This document shows positions 42,831 to 49,970 of a DNA stretch of 64,000 bases, piece after piece. Every line of letters begins with the position of its first letter. Position 1 is the stretch's first letter. The notes under the pieces are model-generated. The model was not told the origin of the DNA and made no database searches. It worked only from the letters and a program-made list of their open reading frames with translations. Position numbers and translations under genes: made by a program. The stretch lies in the NCBI GenBank assembly GCA_041687695.1, contig JAWLBL010000015.1, forward strand, positions 3,627 through 67,626. Direction: 5' to 3'. Source of the DNA: Myxococcota bacterium (GTDB lineage Bacteria > Myxococcota_A > UBA9042 > PHBI01 > JAWLBL01).

Positions 42831-44279
42831 TCAGGAGCGGCGGGCGACGGCGAGCAGATCGAGGCCGGGCCAGGGGAGGACGTCGTCGAGGCGCTCCAGG
42901 GCGGGGGTGAGCAGCTCGGAGGCCTTGAGTTGGAGGCGCGAGAGGGTCTTGCGGCGCAGGAGGTGGGAGTTGGCCCACCAGGCGGGGAGCCAGGCGCGGG
43001 CGAAGTCCTCGAAGGCCAGCGGGGTGAGGCCGGCCTCGGTGAAGAGGCGCTCGAGGTCGGGGCGGGCGAAGCGGACGCGGTTGCGGCGGCCCTGGTCGAG
43101 CGGGCCGTACAGGTCGGGGTTCTGTGGGGCCAGGACGACGAGCTGGCCGCCGGGGCGCAGGGCGCGGGCGGCGTTTTGGAGGGCGACGACCGGGTCGGGC
43201 TGGCGCTCGAGCAGGTTGAGCATCAGGACGGTGTCGAACTGGCCGGCCAGCGGGTCGAAGTCGGCGGGCTCGGAGGGGTCGACGCGGAGGACCTCGACGT
43301 AGGGTTTACCCAGGGCCCAAGAGCGCAGGTAATGCAGGTGGTGGGGGTTGGTCTCGGCGGCGACGTAGCGGTCGCGCGGGATGAGCTGGCTGGAGAGGCT
43401 GGCGACGCCGGCGCCGAGCTCGAGCACGCGGTCGCCCATGAAGGGGCGCAGGCGGTCGGCGACCCAGCTCTGGAAGCGGCGCGCGTGCTGCAGATCCGCC
43501 AGCATGTGGGTGCCGTAGTCGTCGGGCTGGTACAGATCGTCGATGAGGGCGAAGCGGGCCATGGCGGCGAGGGCCAGGGCGCCGTCCCTGGCGCGGATCT
43601 TCTTGCCCTCCTCGAAGGTGCGCGGGAGGTAGCGGATGGGCACCTCGAAGATGCGGGCGCGGCGCTTGGCGAGCTTGCTGGTCAGCTCGATCTCGATGCG
43701 GAAGTCGCGGCTGCGCAGCGGGATCGACTGGAACAGCGGCGTGCGGATGGCCTTGTAGCAGGTCTCGACGTCGGTCAGATCCAGGTCGGTCACCCAGTTG
43801 CACAGCTGGGTGATGGTCTTGTTGATGAGGGTGTGGCGGTACAGCAGCGTCCGGCGGTAGGGCGCGGCGATGTAGCGCGAGCCGTAGACCGCGTCGGCGC
43901 CCTCTTTGACGAAGGGGACCAGCAGCTTGGGGATGTCGGTCGGGTCGTACTCGAGGTCGGCGTCGTGGATGACCGTCACGTCGCCGGTGGCCCGCGCGAG
44001 CGCCGTTCGGATGGCGGCGCCCTTGCCCTGGTTGGTCTCGTGGCGCAGCAGGACCACCCGCGGGTCGGACGCGGCGACCCGCTCCAGGACCTCCCAGCTG
44101 CCGTCGGTCGAGCGGTCGTCGACGACGATGAGCTCGAGCGAGGCGATGAGCTCGTCCTCGAGCGCCAGCACGCGCCGGAGGCTGGCCTCGACGACGTGGC
44201 GCTCGTTGTAGACCGGGGTCAGGACCGACAGCCGCAGGCGCGGTCCCAGGGCGTTGGCAGCAGCGTTCGGGGGCGTCAC
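42831..44279 (-). CDS. GT2 (DPM1-like) glycosyltransferase fused to a class I SAM methyltransferase-like domain
   Basis: PVYNE, VDDRSTDGS, NQGKGAA, HDADLEYDP, DVETCYK; VLELGAG, FDTVLMLNLLE, LRPGG. Confidence 0.92.
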   Translation of the reverse strand: MTPPNAAANALGPRLRLSVLTPVYNERHVVEASLRRVLALEDELIASLELIVVDDRSTDGSWEVLERVAASDPRVVLLRHETNQGKGAAIRTALARATGDVTVIHDADLEYDPTDIPKLLVPFVKEGADAVYGSRYIAAPYRRTLLYRHTLINKTITQLCNWVTDLDLTDVETCYKAIRTPLFQSIPLRSRDFRIEIELTSKLAKRRARIFEVPIRYLPRTFEEGKKIRARDGALALAAMARFALIDDLYQPDDYGTHMLADLQHARRFQSWVADRLRPFMGDRVLELGAGVASLSSQLIPRDRYVAAETNPHHLHYLRSWALGKPYVEVLRVDPSEPADFDPLAGQFDTVLMLNLLERQPDPVVALQNAARALRPGGQLVVLAPQNPDLYGPLDQGRRNRVRFARPDLERLFTEAGLTPLAFEDFARAWLPAWWANSHLLRRKTLSRLQLKASELLTPALERLDDVLPWPGLDLLAVARRS

Positions 44280-44378
44280 GCCGCGGAGTCTAGGGTCGTT
44301 TGCCCCCGCCCGCCACCGGGTTTCGGGGCCGACGCGTTGGTTCCGCGCCGAAGGCGCTCTGGAATCGCACCCGTGAGC

Positions 44379-45566
44379 GCGCCGGCGTGGCCGGCGCGAA
44401 CGAGCCTGCGATGGTTCTGGCGCGCCTCGCGGTCGTTCCGCCGCCGCAGGCGGCTCTGGAGCGCGCAGGCCTTGCCTGCGCTGTGCGATCGCGGCGACTC
44501 CTGTGAACCCGAGCGGTCCATAGCGCCGGCGTGGCCGGCGCGGTCCAGAGCGCCGGCGTGGCCGGCGCGAACGAGCCTGCGATGGTTCTGGCGCGCCTCG
44601 CGGTCGTTCCGCCGCCGCAGGCGGCTTTGGAGCGCGCAGGCCTTGCCTGCGCTGTGCGATCGCGGCGACTCCTCTGAACCCGAGCGGTCCATAGCGCCGG
44701 CGTGGCCGGCGCGGTCCATAGCGCCGGCGTGGCCGGCGCGAACGAGCCTGCGATGGTTCTCGCGCGCCACGCGGTCGTTCCGCCGCCGCAGGCGGCTTTG
44801 GAGCGCGCAGGCCATGCCTGCGCTGTGCGATTGCGGCGACTCCTGTGAACCCGGGCGGTCCATAGCGCCGGCGTGGCCGGCGCGGTCCACAGCGCCGGCG
44901 TGGCCGGCGCGAACGAGCCTGCGATGGTTCTGGCGCGCCTCGCGGTCGTTCCGCCGCCGCAGGCGGCTCTGGAGCGCGCAGGCCTTGCCTGCGCTGTGCG
45001 ATTGTCGCAGCTCGTCTGAATCCGCGCGGTCCATAGCGCCGGCGTGGCCGGCGCGGTCCATAGCGCCGGCGTGGCCGGCGCGAACGAGCCTGCGATGGTT
45101 CTCGCGCGCCACGCGGTCGTTCCGCCGCCGCAGGCGGCTTTGGAGCGCGCAGGCCATGCCTGCGCTGTGCGATTGCGGCGACTCCTGTGAACCCGGGCGG
45201 TCCATAGCGCCGGCGTGGCCGGCGCGGTCCACAGCGCCGGCGTGGCCGGCGCGAACGAGCCTGCGATGGTTCTGGCGCGCCTCGCGGTCGTTCCGCCGCC
45301 GCAGGCGGCTCTGGAGCGCGCAGGCCTTGCCTGCGCTGTGCGATTGTCGCAGCTCGTCTGAATCCGCGCGGTCCATAGCGCCGGCGTGGCCGGCGCGGTC
45401 CATAGCGCCGGCGTGGCCGGCGCGAACGAGCCTGCGATGGTTCTCGCGCGCCACGCGGTCGTTCCGCCGCCGCAGGCGGCTCTGGAGCGCGCAGGCCTTG
45501 CCTGCGCTGTGCGATTGTCGCAGCTCCTCTGGGTCCGCGCGGTCCATAGCGCCGGCGTGGCCGGCG
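44379..45566. repeat. Tandem array of ~7 x 171-bp REP/BIME-like palindromic units
   Basis: GAACGAGCCTGCGATGG recurs at 44398, 44569, 44740, 44911, 45082, 45253, 45424; each unit has two GCGCCGGC-GTG-GCCGGCGC hairpins and one inverted GCGCAGGC-CWT-GCCTGCGC hairpin. Confidence 0.93.
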
Positions 45567-45568
45567 GG

Positions 45569-46780
45569 TCAGTCGCCGCCGCGGGTGCCGTTGAGGGCGA
45601 TGACGCGCAGGGCGACCTCCATCAGATCGCCGTCGCGGTTGATCTTGACCGTGACCTGGTCGCCCGGGCGGAAGCGGTCGAGGGCGTTGTAGAGGTCGTC
45701 GAAGGACTTCACCTGGTACTGGTCGACGCCGACGATGACGTCGCCCAGCACCACGCCGCGGCGGGTCTGCTGCAGGCCCTTGAGGCCCGCGCGGGCGGCG
45801 GGGGTGCCCTCGACCACCTGGGACACGATGACGCCCTCGACGCCGGCGCGGCGCGCGATGGAGTCGTCGACCACCTCGATGCCGATGCCGACGTGCACCG
45901 GCTGGCCGGTCTTGAGGATCTGCGGCACGACGCGCGCGACCGTCTTCCAGGGCACGGCGAAGCCGATGCCGGCGTAGCCGCCGCTGGCCGAGTAGATCAT
46001 CGTGTTCATGCCGATGAGCTGCCCGCGCGAGTCGATGAGCGGCCCGCCCGAGTTGCCCGGGTTGACGGCCGCGTCGGTCTGGATCATGTCGCGGATGGTC
46101 ACGCCGCCCACGCCCATGACCTCTCGCCCGAGCGCCGAGACCACGCCGGTGGTCAGCGTGTGGTCGAGGCCGAACGGGTTGCCGATGGCGATGGCCTTCT
46201 GGCCGACCTCGACCTCGTAGCCGGCGGGCGGGCGGCGGATGGGCGTCAGCTTGTCGGCCGGCGCGTCGATGCGCAGGACGGCGATGTCTTTGCGCGGGTC
46301 GACGCCGACCACCTCGGCCGGCCAGGTGCTGCGGTCGTGGAGCGTGACCGTCAGGCGCGGCGCGCGGCCCTGCGACTGGATGACGTGGAAGTTGGTGACG
46401 ATGTGACCCTGGGCGTCCCAGATGAAGCCAGAGCCGGCGCCGGCGGGGACCTCGGTGGCGCGCATCGAGAAGTGGTCGCGCACGACCTGGGTCTGGGTGA
46501 CGAAGACCGTGGCGGGGGCCGCGGCGCGGAAGACGTCGATGGTGTTGCGCTCGTCGAGCTGGGTGGCGGCGGCCGGCAGCGGGTCGACCAGCGGCGTCTG
46601 GCGGGCGGGCGGCGGGTCGGCCGGCTGGGCGTGGGCCAGCGGGGCCTCGACCGGGATGGGCGCGGTCGTCGGCGGGCTGGAGCCGGGGAGCCAGGTGACG
46701 GCCGTGACGCCGCCGAGGGCGGCGAGGGCGAAGAGGAAGGGCTTGGTCGCGACGCGGAGGCGGGGGGAGGGGGTGCTCAT
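45569..46780 (-). CDS. HtrA/DegP-family serine protease (trypsin-like + PDZ)
   Basis: GAGSGFIWD, TNFHV, DIAVL, IGNPFGLD, IQTDAAVNPGNSGGPL, C-terminal PDZ. Confidence 0.95.
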   Translation of the reverse strand: MSTPSPRLRVATKPFLFALAALGGVTAVTWLPGSSPPTTAPIPVEAPLAHAQPADPPPARQTPLVDPLPAAATQLDERNTIDVFRAAAPATVFVTQTQVVRDHFSMRATEVPAGAGSGFIWDAQGHIVTNFHVIQSQGRAPRLTVTLHDRSTWPAEVVGVDPRKDIAVLRIDAPADKLTPIRRPPAGYEVEVGQKAIAIGNPFGLDHTLTTGVVSALGREVMGVGGVTIRDMIQTDAAVNPGNSGGPLIDSRGQLIGMNTMIYSASGGYAGIGFAVPWKTVARVVPQILKTGQPVHVGIGIEVVDDSIARRAGVEGVIVSQVVEGTPAARAGLKGLQQTRRGVVLGDVIVGVDQYQVKSFDDLYNALDRFRPGDQVTVKINRDGDLMEVALRVIALNGTRGGD

Positions 46781-46914
46781 GCTGCTCCCTGACGTCTTGG
46801 GGTCGAACGCATTCAGCGATGGGCGCCGGTAGACATAGGCGCCGTTCGAACGCGTTCCACCCCTGATCGCGTCCCGCCTGGGCGCGCGCCGCCCCCCGAA
46901 CTTCGGCCGGGGTC

Positions 46915-46943
46915 TTGAACCCCGCGAGATCCGTCGCTAATCT
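46915..46943 (+). promoter_or_regulatory. Sigma70-type promoter driving the putative ncRNA
   Basis: TTGAAC-N17-TAATCT. Confidence 0.65.
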
Positions 46944-46949
46944 GGGCCT

Positions 46950-47269
46950 CGCACTCAGCCGGAGCGCCTAACCAGCGCTCCTTGCACGGCTGGCCCGGTG
47001 GACCGTCGACGAGCGGGCGGCCACGCGGGGGCGGGACTGGGTCTCGCGATGCGCAACACGCTGGCAAAAGGAGGTGATCCCTTGAAGAGTTCGACTTGGG
47101 TGATGTGTGAGGTGGTGGCCTCCTAGGCCAGCCTGCGTTGAGGGACGCCAGCGCGCGTCCACAGACAAGGGTGAGCGCCTGGAGCCCAGGCACCACCGAG
47201 CCCCGAGGTCCCGCCCCGTCACCGGGTGGGCGATTCCGGAATGGGTCGCAGAAGCCTCGGGGTTTTTTT
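46950..47269 (+). ncRNA. Putative ~320-nt structured RNA with internal extended SD and short ORF (Ms1/6S-like candidate)
   Basis: Upstream promoter; stems CAGCCG/CGGCTG, GAGCGC/GCGCTC, GCCCG/CGGGC, GGGGCGGGAC/GTCCCGCCCC, CGCTGGC/GCCAGCG, CCCCGAGG/CCTCGGGG followed by T7. Confidence 0.62.
47082..47126 (+). CDS. Possible 14-aa peptide MKSSTWVMCEVVAS
   Basis: TTG start 7 nt after the GGAGG of AAAAGGAGGTGATCC; TAG at 47124-47126. Confidence 0.4.
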   Translation: MKSSTWVMCEVVAS

Positions 47270-47287
47270 GTGCCCGCCGTCCGGCCC

Positions 47288-47776
47288 TCAGCGGCGGACG
47301 AGCGAGCGAGGGACGGGCGAGGCCTCGTCAACGGGCTGGTCCGAGGGCGCGGTGGGGATCAGCAGCTCGGCGCCGACCGGCGGTCCCGCGACGCAGGTGT
47401 AGCGGACGGTGCGCGAGCCCACCAGGTTGGTCCCCAGGGCGACCGCCTGCGCGCAGGCCAGCTCGCCGAGGCTGTCGTCGATGTCGTCGCACAGGAGCAG
47501 CCCGCCGGCGATGCCGACCGCCGTGAGGCCGAGCGAGATGGCGACGTCGATGGCGCTCGACTCGCTCTCGACGTCGGCGATGCCGTACTGGCACTCCTCT
47601 CCGGACACGCCGTCGAGCTTGACCAGGCCGTACAGCAAGAACCACTGCCGATCGGTGTAGCTCTCGCCACGCGGCACGTCGCTGGGGACTTGGATGGTGG
47701 TCGAGTAACAGCCGGAGGCGGCGGCCATCAGGCAAGCCGCGGCGCCGGCCGCGATGGAGCGGATCGCGGTACGCAT
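47288..47776 (-). CDS. Bor/Iss-like lipoprotein
   Basis: Lipobox ASGC; YSTTI...QWFLLYGLV...EC.YGIADVES...RTVRYTC. Confidence 0.7.
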   Translation of the reverse strand: MRTAIRSIAAGAAACLMAAASGCYSTTIQVPSDVPRGESYTDRQWFLLYGLVKLDGVSGEECQYGIADVESESSAIDVAISLGLTAVGIAGGLLLCDDIDDSLGELACAQAVALGTNLVGSRTVRYTCVAGPPVGAELLIPTAPSDQPVDEASPVPRSLVRR

Positions 47777-47888
47777 GGGACCTCGATGGTGCGTTGCGGG
47801 AGTGGGTTGGGAGAGGCCCAACGCTAACACGCAACGCGAGACTCCCAAGGCTCCGGTCGCAACGCCGGGGCGGCGCCCCGACCGGGGC

Positions 47889-48719
47889 TCAGAAGCGGCC
47901 CATCACCCCGATCGAGGGCGCGACGACCGTGGCGCTGAAGGCGAGGTCGCGGCTGGTGCCCTCGAAGACGTCGAGGGTGACGTCGGCGGACAGGCGGGCG
48001 ACCGTCAGCTCGGCCGCGAGCCAGACCCAGCGAAAGCCGATGGCCCCGCCGACCTGCAGGCCGAGGTAGCGGCTGGAGCCGCCGAAGTTCACGAGCGTCA
48101 AGGTTTCGCTGCCGGTGTCGATGCTGGTGGCGTAGTCGAAGCCGGTCATCTGCAGCTTGCCGCCGAACCAGAGGTGGCCGATGTCGTTGCTCCAGCCGAA
48201 GAGCAGCGGGACGTCCAGCTCGCCGCGGGTGGGATCGCCGATCTTCACGACGTCGAACAGCTCGGCCACGGCGCCGGCGGTGTAGGCCGACAGCCCGAGG
48301 CCGATGGAGGCGTCGATGCCGTGGTGCTCGTCGCGCAGGAACTGCCAGCGGGCGCCGACGCGGATGGCGCTGCTGGCCAGGCGCAGGCCCACCTCGTAGC
48401 GGCCGTTCCAGCCGTAGGCGCCCACCAGCTGGCCGCCCACGCCGGGCAGGCCGACCAGCACCTTGGCCGCGGCGTCGTACAGGGCGGCGAGGTCGCCCTC
48501 GTCGAGGGTGCCGCCCTGCCCGACCTCGGTGCCGAGGCGTCCGCCCAGCTCGACCGCGTCGGCGATGACGCCGGGCGCGACGCTGCCGTCGAGGCCGACG
48601 CCGACGTGGACGCCGTCGTGGACGCTGGCGGGCTGCATGGTGCTGAGCACGGGGGCGCAGCCGGCCGCGGCGAGGACGAGGGCCAGCGCGGGAGCGACGG
48701 AGGGGGGCAGACGCGTCAT
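47889..48719 (-). CDS. Outer-membrane beta-barrel-like lipoprotein
   Basis: Lipobox AAGC; amphipathic strands; C-terminal Phe. Confidence 0.72.
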   Translation of the reverse strand: MTRLPPSVAPALALVLAAAGCAPVLSTMQPASVHDGVHVGVGLDGSVAPGVIADAVELGGRLGTEVGQGGTLDEGDLAALYDAAAKVLVGLPGVGGQLVGAYGWNGRYEVGLRLASSAIRVGARWQFLRDEHHGIDASIGLGLSAYTAGAVAELFDVVKIGDPTRGELDVPLLFGWSNDIGHLWFGGKLQMTGFDYATSIDTGSETLTLVNFGGSSRYLGLQVGGAIGFRWVWLAAELTVARLSADVTLDVFEGTSRDLAFSATVVAPSIGVMGRF

Positions 48720-48936
48720 GCGGTGAATCTAGGACAGGCCGCGGCCGATGGGGAGGGGATTCGGGCCGGGGGCGTTCGGCCGGGGCGCGCCCGGAAGCTC
48801 CGCGCTCGAAGCCGACTTCATTACAGTGAACCCGTTGGACCACGCCTGAGCCCTCCGCCCGCAGATCCGGGCTCGCTCGCCGGCCGTCCACACCCCCTCC
48901 GCCTTCCCCCCGCCACCTCTGTCCCGAGGGTGCCGT

Positions 48937-49197
48937 ATGCCCGTGACCCCCACCACGGCCCAGATCCGCGAGCAGGTGACGTCCATCCTGGCCGACATGA
49001 TCCCCGGCGCGCCCGTGTCGTTCGTCGACCCCGACTCGCCACTCAGCGACGAGCTGGAGCTCGAGGCCGCCGATCTGGCCAACCTGCTGGTCGGCCTGCG
49101 CCACCGGCTCGGCGTGCACATCCCGGACGCGGCCATCGGCGAGACGACCTCGCTCAACACCATCGTCCGCTTCCTGCAGCGCAAGCTCCAGGCCTGA
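48937..49197 (+). CDS. Acyl carrier protein-like protein lacking the phosphopantetheine Ser
   Basis: VDPDSPLSDELELEAADLANLLVGLRHRLGVHIPD...TSLNTIVRFL; ACP pattern with EAA where DSx is expected. Confidence 0.75.
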   Translation: MPVTPTTAQIREQVTSILADMIPGAPVSFVDPDSPLSDELELEAADLANLLVGLRHRLGVHIPDAAIGETTSLNTIVRFLQRKLQA

Positions 49198-49224
49198 GCC
49201 GACCCGGCGCGGTCGCCGGTCCTA

Positions 49225-49406
49225 GAGCCTGCATTTCTCACCAGCTCCTACTGCGCCCGGGGCTAGCACCGCACCTCCGCGGCGTTCTCGCTCCGGCCGG
49301 CTCGACGTACCGTCAAGTACGCCTTCACCGTCCTCCACTCCGAGCACCGCGGATCTGCGGCACTATCCCTCGGGCTCGCTACGGAGCTGGTGAGAAATGC
49401 AGGCTC
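49225..49406. mobile_element. 182-bp MITE with perfect 24-bp terminal inverted repeats
   Basis: GAGCCTGCATTTCTCACCAGCTCC (49225-49248) / GGAGCTGGTGAGAAATGCAGGCTC (49383-49406); interior also self-complementary; no transposase. Confidence 0.8.
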
Positions 49407-49476
49407 GGGCGATTGTCCTTTCGGGACGAGGGCTTAACGTCATTGGACGGGGACGTCCAGACGACAGGAGCCCAGC

Positions 49477-49935
49477 ATGTACCCGAGCGAGGTCCGGCGA
49501 CAGGTCCTGAGAGAGCACCAAGGGCTGCGTGCCCAGCTGGAGCGCATCGAGGCGCTGGCCGACGACCTGCGGCGCGGAGAGCGCGACGCGGGCGACCGCC
49601 GCGGCCTGCGCGAGCGGGTCGAGCAGCTGGCGCGGGCGGTCGAGGCGCACGAGCGGCTCGAGGACGAGCTGCTGGGGCCCGCGCTCGAGGAGTCGACCAA
49701 CTGGCGCAAGGTGTGCATCGCGGACATGCACCGCTACCACGAGACGCAGCGGCGTGAGGTCGCGACGACGCTGCAGGTCCTGCGGAACCCCGAGGCGGAC
49801 GCGGCGAGGCTGGCGCGGGCGGTCGGGCGCCTGGTGCGCGTGCTGCGGGCCGACCTCGAGTGCGAGGAGCGGGATCTGCTGGCGCCGGCGCTGCTGCGCG
49901 ACGATCCGCTGATGACGGACAACGTCAGCGGCTGA
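49477..49935 (+). CDS. Hemerythrin-like (HHE) protein
   Basis: AGGAG RBS; LREHQGLR, AHERLEDELL, HETQR, LECEERDLL. Confidence 0.8.
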   Translation: MYPSEVRRQVLREHQGLRAQLERIEALADDLRRGERDAGDRRGLRERVEQLARAVEAHERLEDELLGPALEESTNWRKVCIADMHRYHETQRREVATTLQVLRNPEADAARLARAVGRLVRVLRADLECEERDLLAPALLRDDPLMTDNVSG

Positions 49936-49970
49936 GGGCGCCAGAGTCGGGCGGGGCGCGCGCCGCGGGC

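Noticed and set aside
42037..42922. Diversity-generating retroelement TR/VR pair
   Set aside because: Mismatches are not adenine-specific (half are C/G swaps, mostly synonymous) and no reverse transcriptase is present
44276..45547. 423-aa (minus) and 1045-aa (plus) repeat-protein ORFs over the array
   Set aside because: Open frames follow from the 57-codon period and high GC; Arg/Ala-rich, no RBS, and DNA palindromy explains the conservation better
44379..45566. CRISPR array
   Set aside because: Sequences between the palindromes are near-identical copies, not unique spacers; period is 171 bp; no cas genes in the window
47066..47080. 16S rRNA 3' fragment on the minus strand
   Set aside because: Match is limited to ~14 nt; the adjacent conserved helix-45 sequence is absent
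46950..47269. tmRNA or tRNA
   Set aside because: No tRNA-like acceptor or paired T-arm (GTTCGACT at ~47089 has no stem), no CCA end; the internal ORF has its own SD and start codon
48937..49197. PKS/NRPS biosynthetic cluster around the ACP-like gene
   Set aside because: No ketosynthase, adenylation or PPTase genes in the window
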